Shown here: positions 20,174 to 29,992 of the stretch, in pieces
How the letters are laid out: each line of letters begins with the position of its first letter
Position numbering within the stretch: the stretch's first letter is position 1
Origin: a virus
Taxonomy: Duplodnaviria; Caudoviricetes
Direction: 5' to 3' (one strand)
IMG/VR virus record: IMGVR_UViG_3300048838_001102
Span: 1 to 58,038 of that record
DNA: 58,038 nt
Made by a program: the position numbers and the translations under genes
The notes under the pieces: generated by a model
Told to the model about the DNA's origin: nothing
What the model saw: only the letters and a program-made list of their open reading frames with translations
The model's database searches: none

Positions 20174-21976
20174 TTAGTATCCCTTGATCGGCCCGGCGGG
20201 TTTAAACCAGGCGTTTATGGCATGAAGTTCAAAGCGCTGTTCCGCCGCGGTGTGATAAATACGCATCCGGTGAAAATCGCCAACCGCGCCCACGTTTACC
20301 CGCACCCACACTTTGCTATCCTCTACAGAGGGAATGCTTTCCCCGCATTGAACGACTTGAGATAAATACGCGGCGCTTTCATGGTTTATGAAAAACGACA
20401 CGGTGATCTCGGTGTCGGGATCGTTTGTTACAAGTAAATCTACCCAACCGAGTCGCGCTTGCCACCCATCGGAAATATAAGGGTTCCATCGACCGGTACG
20501 GATATCTATGGGGATAGTACCCCCATTATCCGCCCCCGTAGAATTTATAAGCCACACGGACCCGGTAATATCACCGGCAAGGGTTGCGGGAAAACCCGCC
20601 TGCATGGTGGAGTCGTCAAACGAGTAATCGATATCTTCTACAATGTCCTCTATGCTATCGAGAAACGCACTCGCGGTTCCTATCTTATAAAATCCATAAC
20701 AATTAAACCCGTAATCGTATTCACTCCAACTCTTGTCCCGGTAATTAAAAACAAGGGTCTTGTCGTTTTGCGTTGCCCCGACTGTAGGATATGAAATGAG
20801 TACTTGCTGCAATTCTGAAATCGGGATGGCGTATATCCGGTTAAAAAGAGAAACATCCATATTTACAACCGCATCGGGCACGGAAGTATCAACAGAATAA
20901 ACTTCCACCCCGTCGGTTTCTGTGATGCTTGTTTCTCCTACCGCCCCAAATTTTGACTCGTAAACAAAGCCCGAATATGAACCAAACGAACCGCCATAAC
21001 CCAATATGCTTTCCCATCGGAACGGTAAATCCGCATCACCGGTATACCGTAACCGCCAGGTAGACTGCTGGAAAAACACCACCAGATCGTCCTTGATAAA
21101 ATCCGCGCACACAATAGTCTCATGTGTCGGGCAATCCACAAAGCCATCGTTTGACCAATCATCCGGGTTGCCGGCTACGCACCATCTTGCCCGCTGCGGA
21201 TAAAACGTACTATCTTCTTTTGTGCTGAGAGCTACAAGGCGCTCCTTGTATTGAAACAGCATAAGACAAGTAGCAACCTCGTTAGAGGCGTCCCCGTCTA
21301 TATCCATTAACAAATCGGTTATATTTGTGCCGTCATAACTTTTAACCCGGTCAAGATTGTTTGTCAGAAACAAACGATCCTGATAATTGGCGCCCCAAAT
21401 AAGATTGGCGGAAGTTCCGGTCCAGATGTCGGAATCGTCTATCGGCAAAAGTCTGGAAGTAGTCACATCATAAATTGATGCACGACGAGTATTTACAACA
21501 ATGAGTTCCGACACCCCTGTTTGTGAATCGTGATAAGGCTCAATACCAACAATCGGTAAAGCCACCGGAAACTCATATGACACCACAACCGCATCAGTAG
21601 TATTTCCAGAAAAAGTGATGTCGTACTCTCCGGTCGTATAATTAATCGTCCCGGTGGCATCGCCGGTAAATTCTCCCACCCCGTCGTCAGTTGCTTCCAA
21701 CGTGCCGTCGGTAAAAACCACCGTACCGGCGAGAAGGGGTATTTCAGACAACGTGCCGGTGTACTGATCCGTACCGAGCGCACCCACCGCTTCGTCTGTT
21801 ACCTGGTGCGTCATGGTGCCGAACAATTCCATACCGAGTCGTTTACGCAAAACGCCCCGGTACATATGACAGTTTTCAAGTTTTGTGAAAGCGTCTTGCG
21901 GCAGGAGCCACGGTTGCACGCCAAGCTCGGTCCCAAGTCTTAGATTACCAACAAAGTGTGGGGTAAATCCCGCCAT
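20174..21976 (-). CDS. Tail tubular/nozzle (stabilisation) protein, P22 gp10/T7 gp12-like
   Basis: 600 aa beta-propeller-like; ENC....GVLRKRLG N-terminal motif, RWC..GNP.DW. Confidence 0.75.
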   Translation of the reverse strand: MAGFTPHFVGNLRLGTELGVQPWLLPQDAFTKLENCHMYRGVLRKRLGMELFGTMTHQVTDEAVGALGTDQYTGTLSEIPLLAGTVVFTDGTLEATDDGVGEFTGDATGTINYTTGEYDITFSGNTTDAVVVSYEFPVALPIVGIEPYHDSQTGVSELIVVNTRRASIYDVTTSRLLPIDDSDIWTGTSANLIWGANYQDRLFLTNNLDRVKSYDGTNITDLLMDIDGDASNEVATCLMLFQYKERLVALSTKEDSTFYPQRARWCVAGNPDDWSNDGFVDCPTHETIVCADFIKDDLVVFFQQSTWRLRYTGDADLPFRWESILGYGGSFGSYSGFVYESKFGAVGETSITETDGVEVYSVDTSVPDAVVNMDVSLFNRIYAIPISELQQVLISYPTVGATQNDKTLVFNYRDKSWSEYDYGFNCYGFYKIGTASAFLDSIEDIVEDIDYSFDDSTMQAGFPATLAGDITGSVWLINSTGADNGGTIPIDIRTGRWNPYISDGWQARLGWVDLLVTNDPDTEITVSFFINHESAAYLSQVVQCGESIPSVEDSKVWVRVNVGAVGDFHRMRIYHTAAEQRFELHAINAWFKPAGPIKGY

Positions 21977-21981
21977 GATAT

Positions 21982-22332
21982 CTACTCCTGGGCTAATGCT
22001 TTAAGTCGTGCTTCCGTATCTATTTGCTTGCGTATCTCTAAAAGCTGAACGAGTTTTAAAAGAGCCGGATCGGGCTTCGGTCTTCCGTCCGAGGTGGTCA
22101 TGTTATTTCGAAAAGATTCGGTCGCCTGCTGGTTTCCTTCTAATAGACCGAGCGCCGCCAGGGAGAAATCGTGCTGCCAAAGATCAATACACTGTTTGCG
22201 GATTTCTTTTTTAAGCGGATCGCCTTTTGTCGCTATGGTCATTTCAATCCAGGCGGGACAACCTTCCGAACCATCCCACGACTTTTGCGGGCAGTGCTTT
22301 ACTATGCCCCGTATGCAAGGCGGTTTCTTCAT
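21982..22332 (-). CDS. Hypothetical protein next to tail fibre (possible chaperone)
   Basis: 116 aa, CPAW..QCID..QQATESFRN. Confidence 0.6.
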   Translation of the reverse strand: MKKPPCIRGIVKHCPQKSWDGSEGCPAWIEMTIATKGDPLKKEIRKQCIDLWQHDFSLAALGLLEGNQQATESFRNNMTTSDGRPKPDPALLKLVQLLEIRKQIDTEARLKALAQE

Positions 22333-22335
22333 TGC

Positions 22336-23067
22336 TTAATCTTTCGTCGCGGCAATGACTTCCTGAAAATACGGCTGATCGTTCAACCCGGTAGCACCCG
22401 TACCGCCGGCGCCGGTGTTTCCTGAACCGCTACCCGTGTAAAACCACATGTCAGACATATTAGGTGTTACCGCTGATCTGGCTGATCCCCTCTCCGTATA
22501 CAATAGTGAATCCACAACTACTATATAGTTACCAGCGCTGTTAATCAATTTCAAAACAAGGTTGTCAAAAAGCGCTGTAACAAATTTTAACGTGCCGGAA
22601 TTATGGGTATGGCTTGGCCCGGCATGTGTATGTCCGCCTTTAGCACTTACGCTACCACCGGCAACTATATCCCCGGTAGCGGCATAAACCAGCATAGAGT
22701 TATCCGTCCAATCCGCCTTACGGGTCCAACCGGTCGGCGCGGCATTCTGGCCAAAGAGCATAACCGTTCCGGTGGGGAACATTTCTACCCGACACACCTC
22801 GTCGTCTTCCCGAACGAAAAACAGCTCAGCCAGAGCGGTTACATCCTTGGTGTATAGAATCCCTTTATTCGCTACCCCGGAGGGGTCCGCACCGAGCGGA
22901 GCGTTAAACGTGATTTGTAAATGCTCCCCCGCATCACCACCCATCGTACCCGGAAACGCATGGTCACGGTCAAGCGCGTCTTCCAACGCGGCGTTATTTT
23001 CACGCACCAGATCATTGAGAAATTTTGCTTTAATGCCCTCGGCCGGTTTATCTTTGTCCCACGCCAT
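22336..23067 (-). CDS. Short tail fibre with collar-like domain
   Basis: FPTGTVMLFGQNAAPTGW and HTHAGPSHTH motifs. Confidence 0.75.
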   Translation of the reverse strand: MAWDKDKPAEGIKAKFLNDLVRENNAALEDALDRDHAFPGTMGGDAGEHLQITFNAPLGADPSGVANKGILYTKDVTALAELFFVREDDEVCRVEMFPTGTVMLFGQNAAPTGWTRKADWTDNSMLVYAATGDIVAGGSVSAKGGHTHAGPSHTHNSGTLKFVTALFDNLVLKLINSAGNYIVVVDSLLYTERGSARSAVTPNMSDMWFYTGSGSGNTGAGGTGATGLNDQPYFQEVIAATKD

Positions 23068-23076
23068 AATATTCTC

Positions 23077-23703
23077 CTAAAACCGCGGCGCCCCGCGCGA
23101 TCCGATCGGTATTTGCGCTATCATGCCCGAGTGAATCCACCCGACGTACTTCGAAAAAAAAGGTTCGAGCGAAGCCACCCCCTCCGTATCCTGCGCGTCG
23201 GAAAGATTCTCCATCGCGGCGCCGTAAGTTATGGCCCTACCCCAACTTTCGTTAAGCGGGGTGTCCGTGCCGTCCACCAGGGCGTCGGGAACAGATGAAA
23301 CTTTCCGTAGTGTAAGAGCATACCCGGTGTCAGGAATAAGCCGGACATACAAGGTGCGGTCAAAAAGTAAAACACCCGACGGCTCTCCCTCGTCGGTACT
23401 ATCCATCGGGTATTCATTAAAGAACTGCTCGTGGTCCGTGTAAAAATTTATCGGAACATCGTCCAGATACGCCGGCCCGCTGACCGCGACAATGGTGCTG
23501 GGCAAAGCGTAAGTTTCTACCCCGTCAGCAAGTGTAACTGAATACCAGCCTTTAAATTCCGGTGGGCTGACCAGCAACGGGAAAAGAAGCTGATAAAAAT
23601 TGTTCAGAGCTTCTTTGACATCGGCATCGGACATTTGCGTGGTAGTGCGTTTGCCGGTCAGCCGCCGGAAATCAGACTGCATCTTGGTAAAATTATAGCC
23701 CAC
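23077..23703 (-). CDS. Head-tail adaptor/tail tubular protein A
   Basis: G.ETYALPS, GEP, AITYGAA motifs; position after capsid cluster. Confidence 0.7.
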   Translation of the reverse strand: MGYNFTKMQSDFRRLTGKRTTTQMSDADVKEALNNFYQLLFPLLVSPPEFKGWYSVTLADGVETYALPSTIVAVSGPAYLDDVPINFYTDHEQFFNEYPMDSTDEGEPSGVLLFDRTLYVRLIPDTGYALTLRKVSSVPDALVDGTDTPLNESWGRAITYGAAMENLSDAQDTEGVASLEPFFSKYVGWIHSGMIAQIPIGSRGAPRF

Positions 23704-23715
23704 GTCGGGCCTCCG

Positions 23716-24357
23716 TTATTTCGGAGTTTCGGTTTGCTCGGTTACAGCCGCCGCGGTGAGCGTAGCCGGGCCGGTCCCGGTAATCAGCGCAAACAAACCG
23801 GTGCTGTTGGTGTAGGCAACTGTACTGTTTGCCGCGCTCAACGCCGTTGAGCCAAACGTAAAAGCGCCATCCGTTTTAATGGCCGTAACGGTCCCCATAC
23901 GAGCATGGTCGGCCGCGGCAGCCGGAATACCTGCAATAGCCAAAGCCGCCGAAGCATACCCCGTCGCATTACCGGCGGCCTCTATGGCGTCTATCGTTCC
24001 ATCAGAGCCGATATCAAGCGCAACCGCCCCGTATTTATTCTGCGGAACTATGTCGTTTCCAAGTGCAGTACCGGCGGCGACCGCCGCTTTATAATACAGG
24101 GTGCCATTGATGATATAGTTAAACCCGATATTAGCCGCGTGTGTAGTTGTAGAGCCGATAGCGAGCGCCGGTGAGGTGACGATACAATCGCCCTGCACAG
24201 CAGCAGTTAAAGCGTCAATGACAACCTTTGTCGTGGCATGATCCGTCCGCAATTCGTTCGCCAACGTGCGAAGCGCGTCAATCTCCGTATCCATCGATTT
24301 GAGAACCTTGACAAGCGACTCGTCTTTTACAGACTCAAAATTAATTTTTTGCGCCAT
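23716..24357 (-). CDS. Virion structural (head fibre/decoration-like) protein
   Basis: N-terminal coiled coil plus Ala/Thr/Gly-rich beta domain. Confidence 0.55.
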   Translation of the reverse strand: MAQKINFESVKDESLVKVLKSMDTEIDALRTLANELRTDHATTKVVIDALTAAVQGDCIVTSPALAIGSTTTHAANIGFNYIINGTLYYKAAVAAGTALGNDIVPQNKYGAVALDIGSDGTIDAIEAAGNATGYASAALAIAGIPAAAADHARMGTVTAIKTDGAFTFGSTALSAANSTVAYTNSTGLFALITGTGPATLTAAAVTEQTETPK

Positions 24358-24368
24358 TTATTTTTCCT

Positions 24369-24788
24369 TTACGCGGCGTTCTTTTTGTCCCGTCCGGGTG
24401 TAGCCGACGCCGCCAGATTGGTTGGAATACATTGAAACCGGTACTCTTTTGATACCTGAACACTTTCGATCGCCCCGGTCACAGGATCGGTACGGTTTCC
24501 GTATACCGGCTTGAACAAGGAATTGATATGCTCGACAACTTCCTGAGGCCACGTTACAACGTCGTCGTGCTTGACTTCGAACTTTCGCCCATTGTAGAAA
24601 AACCGCACCAACGGCGTCGGATTCTCACCCCCGGGAGGGTCTTCCAGATTCATGAACCGGACCATCAACTGTGGTCCTTTGTCCATCCGTTCATTGATTT
24701 TTCGCAGGTTCTCCTTTACCCGTTGCTGCTCGGATTTTACCTGCGCGTTGATACTCGCATTCTCCTTGTCGATTACACTCATTCCCAT
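24369..24788 (-). CDS. Hypothetical head-module protein
   Basis: 139 aa in late operon. Confidence 0.7.
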   Translation of the reverse strand: MGMSVIDKENASINAQVKSEQQRVKENLRKINERMDKGPQLMVRFMNLEDPPGGENPTPLVRFFYNGRKFEVKHDDVVTWPQEVVEHINSLFKPVYGNRTDPVTGAIESVQVSKEYRFQCIPTNLAASATPGRDKKNAA

Positions 24789-24864
24789 GATACACGCCTT
24801 TCTGTCAAAGTTTCACCCGGTAACGGCTGTCACACCGTTACCGGATAGTTATACCGTTGAAATA

Positions 24865-25515
24865 CTACAGGGTCAGGGTGTTGTACTCATCCGCCATGAT
24901 GGCGATGTAATACAGCGTATCGCCGTCATCAGTGAAAGCGGCGTCTACCGTAATGCCGACCCCGCTGGATGCGCCCAGATCCAGATCGGTGATGCTGAAC
25001 ACATAGTTGGGCGGGGTGCCGTCGCTGCCAAAATTGACCGCTGTTCCGCCTTTGGTGGCTGAAATGCGAAACGTGGTGGCAGTCGCATCGATGACGTAGT
25101 ACTGCGACAAGGCACTGACGTGCGTAGGAAGCCCGCCCGAAGCGATGAACATCACCTTGTCGCCATCGGAATACCCATGACCGGAACAGGTGATCAGATC
25201 TTCGGCCGTGCCGCCGGTGTCGTCAAACGTACAACTTTTCCGATTGCCGACCACACCCTTTGCTTCCCAGGCGGCGATAAGACCGCCCGAGGATTTCTTC
25301 AAAAAGAAATCTCCCGCGCTGGTACCGGCCAGGAAGCGATCGTACTGAACTTCGGCGTCATCGCCCATGCCGTGAAACCATTCCAGAACGGCGATTTCCG
25401 TAACGGCGGCATCAATATTGATGACCTTGATATAGTCGGGGACGCCCCCGAGACTGATATTGACATCCCCGCCGTCGGAAACAATCTTACCGACAATGAT
25501 ATTGGATTTGCCCAC
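24865..25515 (-). CDS. Capsid accessory/decoration protein
   Basis: AAGGAG RBS, GTG start, directly after major capsid gene. Confidence 0.6.
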   Translation of the reverse strand: MGKSNIIVGKIVSDGGDVNISLGGVPDYIKVINIDAAVTEIAVLEWFHGMGDDAEVQYDRFLAGTSAGDFFLKKSSGGLIAAWEAKGVVGNRKSCTFDDTGGTAEDLITCSGHGYSDGDKVMFIASGGLPTHVSALSQYYVIDATATTFRISATKGGTAVNFGSDGTPPNYVFSITDLDLGASSGVGITVDAAFTDDGDTLYYIAIMADEYNTLTL

Positions 25516-25562
25516 TGTTTGCTCCTTTTCTCAAATTAAAGCGGCTACGTTACGACGGCCGG

Positions 25563-26501
25563 TTAGGTGTCTTTGGTTACCCGCAGATTGTGAATCCAGG
25601 CGTCGTTGAGAATACGCCCGGCCCAGGCATGGGACCAACCGGAAGTGGCATACCGGTTCAACACGGACCCAGCCTTGTCAAACCCTTTGACGATGGATTT
25701 GATACCTTCCATATCGACGGCGCCATAGGCATCTGCACCGTAAACCGGAATGCTGTAGATCGCTGTGGCATCCGCACTCTTTGCCGCGTTGGTGGTCCAG
25801 TCGATCCGGGTGTTGCCCAAGGCGCCCCATTCCCACTGACCTACGCCGTCCTGGGAAGCATAAGCGGCCATCGAAACAAAGCCGGTACACGCTTCCAGAT
25901 CCATCAGGAGCTCCTGGTGAATGACCGCCCGGAAAGCAGGACGCAGCGGAGCGGACCCGACACCGGTGCCGGCCTTGACCATTTTAGTGACAAACTTGGC
26001 GTTGCCGCCCAACAGGCTCAACACCACGGTGTCCACGTCGCCGCGGGTAATCTCAGTCGGGGTGTTGCCGTTAGACCCGCCCGAGGCGTTGGTGGAGCTG
26101 GCCGACGCCGACAGGATATCACGCATCAGCGTTTCGAAAGTCAGGTTGGCCTGCTCCCCATTACGCTCGGCCGCGATGGTCAGAACCGGATCTTGATTGG
26201 TCATATCCACTTCTTCGGTGACATGGACGTATTTTCCATACCATTGCATTTTGACCGTCAGGGATTCTTGCTCCATCTTGTTCGGAGGCGGATCTTGCCC
26301 TTCGGGCATCGGAGTCGTGGCAGCGGCCAGATGAGGATACCGGCGCCATTTTTTGGTGTTGCCGGATTTGGTCGGCATGGAGGCTTTCTGAGCGTGAGCC
26401 AAGTAAACCTCATTTTCCTTGGCCGCCTCAAGCAAAACCCGATCATAATAAAGCTCCACGGCGGGGGCGACATCCGTGGTCAAAGTGATATTGTCAGGCA
26501 T
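25563..26501 (-). CDS. Major capsid protein (N4-gp56 family, HK97 fold)
   Basis: YYDRVLL, MP..SG.TKKWRRY, EGQDP, WYG, GADAYG motifs; follows scaffold. Confidence 0.9.
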   Translation of the reverse strand: MPDNITLTTDVAPAVELYYDRVLLEAAKENEVYLAHAQKASMPTKSGNTKKWRRYPHLAAATTPMPEGQDPPPNKMEQESLTVKMQWYGKYVHVTEEVDMTNQDPVLTIAAERNGEQANLTFETLMRDILSASASSTNASGGSNGNTPTEITRGDVDTVVLSLLGGNAKFVTKMVKAGTGVGSAPLRPAFRAVIHQELLMDLEACTGFVSMAAYASQDGVGQWEWGALGNTRIDWTTNAAKSADATAIYSIPVYGADAYGAVDMEGIKSIVKGFDKAGSVLNRYATSGWSHAWAGRILNDAWIHNLRVTKDT

Positions 26502-26515
26502 TTTTTACTCCTTAT

Positions 26516-27403
26516 TTAGAAAAATTTTTTCCCCCGTTTGACTTCCTCAACCATCGCTTTGAAATCCTTTTCCGGCATTGTCGCAATGGCGGACGCCGCA
26601 GACACCGAAGGGTTTATCGCGCCACCGGACAGTCCGGGGTTTCCGGGCTTGGCCTGGTTTGCGATAATCCGATTGATCTCGTCTAAGACGTTCACCGGCG
26701 AGGCCGGGTTGGGATTAGCAGGCGCTTGCGCAGACAACATCAGATCTGCCCGCATTTTTGCAAATTTTACCGCTGTCATCAGCGGATTTGGAGACTGCTT
26801 GATTGTCTGCGCAAGACCTGGGTCGGCGGATATCATAGGGGGTAAATGTTCTTCGATCAATTGTTTGTAATTGGGAATCTCCTGGGCAAGACGTAGTTGC
26901 GTCAGCTCCGGAACCAGCGTTGTCTTGACACCTTCTATTGCTTGGGCAACTTGCTGCTGGACATAGCCATTGTACTTTTCAAGAGCGGCCCGCACCTGCC
27001 CGGCTTCTACAAGCCCGTCATCTGCCACACCTTCAAGAAACGCCGCAAGCGGGGTAGCCTGAGGCGCACTCTGGGGCATGACATACGAAGGGGCCGCCGG
27101 CTGCTGCGGGGTAAACCCGGCGCCTTGCTGCATCGACTGTGGTGCATTTGCCCGGTAAAGCGCCAACTGCTCCGTCAAAAACCGGTTCTGTTGCTCTAAC
27201 TGTTGGCTCGCGCTTTTTGCGGCCTGGACTTCATCACGCACTTTTTCGAGTGCCGACAAAGGCACCTGCCGCACTTCACTTACCTGCGGGGCAACCGGGT
27301 CGGCCGCGGGCGCCGCAATAGGCGCAGGTTCTTGCGCTGGAGCCACCGGGGCCGCTGGTTCTACCGATACCGGAACTGCTGGCTGAACTACCATGTTATC
27401 CAT
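26516..27403 (-). CDS. Capsid scaffolding protein
   Basis: Pro/Ala-rich N-terminus, VPLSALEKVRDE coiled coil, MPEKDF C-terminus; between portal and capsid. Confidence 0.8.
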   Translation of the reverse strand: MDNMVVQPAVPVSVEPAAPVAPAQEPAPIAAPAADPVAPQVSEVRQVPLSALEKVRDEVQAAKSASQQLEQQNRFLTEQLALYRANAPQSMQQGAGFTPQQPAAPSYVMPQSAPQATPLAAFLEGVADDGLVEAGQVRAALEKYNGYVQQQVAQAIEGVKTTLVPELTQLRLAQEIPNYKQLIEEHLPPMISADPGLAQTIKQSPNPLMTAVKFAKMRADLMLSAQAPANPNPASPVNVLDEINRIIANQAKPGNPGLSGGAINPSVSAASAIATMPEKDFKAMVEEVKRGKKFF

Positions 27404-27552
27404 CTTGCCTACCTTTACGCCCGATTCCCTATCGCTTGAGCATCCCCGGCGGCGGATTTTCACCAGTTATCAGCCGGTGAGTTTTACGCCCGTTGCTCGT
27501 CGCCCAGGTACTTCGCCCGGCGGCGGCGTTGATTTTTGCGCTTTCGGCGCGG

Positions 27553-27975
27553 TTATTTAAAAACAAGCCCCAATACAGGCATGTCTTTTGCATCATCGTT
27601 TACCCCCACAACCGGCGGGCCGCCCGTTAAGCCATGAAGCTGCGCGCGGTCCAGGGGGAGTACCCATTTTTTCTCAAACCGCCCGGCCCGGTTGTCCACG
27701 TAAAAGCACATGGTCCCGAGCTGTTTGGGCGGAAGTGCCGGCAAAACCATTACGACGGTTTTGACCGCATTTTTATCCACTTCGTTAAATCGTGAATGAA
27801 CCCACAAATAATAGCTGTCCTGCCGTTGCCTTTTCTCGATAATTTTTTCAAGAGAAACGAGCAGGCTCCTGGTAAAATCTTTGCGCAAATCGCCAAGATA
27901 AATTGTCTTTTCCTGCCGGCGCATTCCAAAAACGTCATACATATTTTTGACAACGACATTTGCTTCATTGGCCAT
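27553..27975 (-). CDS. Hypothetical protein between portal and scaffold
   Basis: Start reassigned to MANEAN; overlaps portal stop. Confidence 0.7.
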   Translation of the reverse strand: MANEANVVVKNMYDVFGMRRQEKTIYLGDLRKDFTRSLLVSLEKIIEKRQRQDSYYLWVHSRFNEVDKNAVKTVVMVLPALPPKQLGTMCFYVDNRAGRFEKKWVLPLDRAQLHGLTGGPPVVGVNDDAKDMPVLGLVFK

Positions 27976-29992
27976 ACTGTCCGCCTTCTTGTGTTTGCGG
28001 GAATTGAACGGCCGGGGCGGGGTCGGCCTGCCGAGTTTGGCCGATTTGCGGATTTGAACCAACCTGCGGACCCGGACCGCCGGCCTGTTGAACCATTTCA
28101 AGAACTTTAATAAGACCCGCGAGATTTTGCACATCCATTGACTGCAATTCTTTCAAAGCCTTGACTCGATCAAATAGCGCGGTGGTTCTGTTCTCCTGCG
28201 CCTGGGTCAACCGCTCAGCAGCTTTTGCCATGTTGGCTTGCATCATAGCTTGGTTAAGCTGTATTTGCAACTGATTTAATTGCTGATTTTCGGCAGCCTG
28301 CGCTGCCCGCGCTTTTTCCTCGGCCTGCACTGCTTCGAGCAGCATGGACTTTCCTTCCAGCGGCCAGGCCTCGATTATGGCGGACCAGGGGATGACTTCG
28401 GCGCCCATCTTGCGCATCGCCATAAGTTGCGAATAATACTGCTGTCTTTGCGTATCGGTCAGTAGCCCTTCGATTACCACACAGTCATATTTACCAAAGT
28501 TTTGATCGTAGAACTCTTTGGTGGGCGGCTTGTTGTTGATCCGCTGAATCTTGCTCGGGGTGTAGTTTTTTTGAATCGCCTGCAAAGTTTTACCGCCCAA
28601 AATCTTTTGACTGCGATCCAGATTATCGAACAAATCCGATAATACCGTCAACCCGGAAGACTGCCTCAGTTTGGCCAGCAGCGCACTGATCTCGATATCC
28701 TGTGAGTCAGGCATCCCCAGCAACTCGTTGTTGAATCCTGGAATCTCCATCACGTCGTTATCCATGATCTGGGTCAACGTAAAGAGCCCCTGCGGGATAT
28801 CGGCCGCCCGGTTTTCCCGTACCAACTGCTCCAACGGAAGCTGCGGGGCGTCATCGCTGATCCAGATTACTTTACCCTGGCCGGTCTGATACAACGACGA
28901 GGGGTTGCGGACCGCTTTTTCCCGCGCCATGTACCCGCTTGAGATCTGGGTATCAATAATGTCGAGCATCTTTGACCGACGTTTGTTGACTTCATCCTGG
29001 GGGTCACGATCGCAACGGATCAACCCCTGAATCCGCAGCTCGGCCTTTTCCGCTTCCGGAACGTAAAACCCGAAAAAGGGCACCATCGGATAACAGTCAA
29101 GCCCGGTGGGGTCCGGGCCTGCTGAGATAAACCTGTCATTGACAAACACCCGCAGCTCGGTAGTGGTCTGTGGCCGGCGCACGACGGCAAAATTCTCCGA
29201 CGAAACCCCCATCAGCTCAAACATTTCACGCAAGCGCGAATCGCTTCCCTTCCAGGGTGACATCTGCCCGGTCATCTTATCGATCAGAATCGTTGTAGAC
29301 TTTACATTCTTGACCCACATCCGGTCGTAAGTATATAGATTTTGACCGCGCCGGTTTTTCATGAACTGATTCATCGATACGAATTTAGAAGGCGTGCCGC
29401 TCAACACCGGCAGATCACTTGATTTTACCGTCGGCAAAAGCTGCGACAGTCTTTCCGGGGTGACCATCACCCGATTAAGTATTGCCGAGCTGTCCTTCAT
29501 GTCCGGTTGACGCATATTCAAATCGAACATCACGGAATTATAGTCGTGCCGCAGCCACACGATGTCGCCATTAACCATGTCGTTTTCGTAATCAATGGCA
29601 ACCTCAACCATGTTCAACCCGGTAATCAGCGAGCCGCGTTCGAACGCGTCGGATATCAGGTTATACCCGTTCATCGCCTGGACGTTCCACATCAGCGTCC
29701 CGGACAACAGCTCGGCGGTCATCTGGTCGGACCCTTCCACCGGGTCGATCCGCATGGCCAAGCGGTTCTTACGCTGATAGCCGGCAACCGCCTTGATAAT
29801 GCGCCGGATCTTGTTAAACACCAGCGCCTCGCGCCGCTCGGCCGCCAGGTAGGATTTTAACCGCGCGTCCCATTGATCCCCGAGAAAGATTTCCAGATCC
29901 CGCTTCATCTCGGTAAAAATGGTCGTCCAATCCGGCAAAAACGCCGCGTACGCATCATCAAATTCTTTTTGCATATCAAGACCGGAAGCCAT
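27965..29992 (-). CDS. Portal protein (P22-like)
   Basis: FLGDQW, LVFNKIRRII..VAGYQRKNR, DPQDEVNKRRSK, C-terminal barrel coiled coil; TGATG coupling to terL. Confidence 0.92.
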   Translation of the reverse strand: MASGLDMQKEFDDAYAAFLPDWTTIFTEMKRDLEIFLGDQWDARLKSYLAAERREALVFNKIRRIIKAVAGYQRKNRLAMRIDPVEGSDQMTAELLSGTLMWNVQAMNGYNLISDAFERGSLITGLNMVEVAIDYENDMVNGDIVWLRHDYNSVMFDLNMRQPDMKDSSAILNRVMVTPERLSQLLPTVKSSDLPVLSGTPSKFVSMNQFMKNRRGQNLYTYDRMWVKNVKSTTILIDKMTGQMSPWKGSDSRLREMFELMGVSSENFAVVRRPQTTTELRVFVNDRFISAGPDPTGLDCYPMVPFFGFYVPEAEKAELRIQGLIRCDRDPQDEVNKRRSKMLDIIDTQISSGYMAREKAVRNPSSLYQTGQGKVIWISDDAPQLPLEQLVRENRAADIPQGLFTLTQIMDNDVMEIPGFNNELLGMPDSQDIEISALLAKLRQSSGLTVLSDLFDNLDRSQKILGGKTLQAIQKNYTPSKIQRINNKPPTKEFYDQNFGKYDCVVIEGLLTDTQRQQYYSQLMAMRKMGAEVIPWSAIIEAWPLEGKSMLLEAVQAEEKARAAQAAENQQLNQLQIQLNQAMMQANMAKAAERLTQAQENRTTALFDRVKALKELQSMDVQNLAGLIKVLEMVQQAGGPGPQVGSNPQIGQTRQADPAPAVQFPQTQEGGQYGQ

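Noticed and set aside
3119-23067. Diversity-generating retroelement target
   Set aside because: No reverse transcriptase and no adenine-mismatched repeat pair; the long repeats in the genome are exact
25590-26519. Long antisense ORFs (also 30322..31623, 13675..14586, 14599..15447)
   Set aside because: Shadows of GC-rich genes on the opposite strand with no motifs
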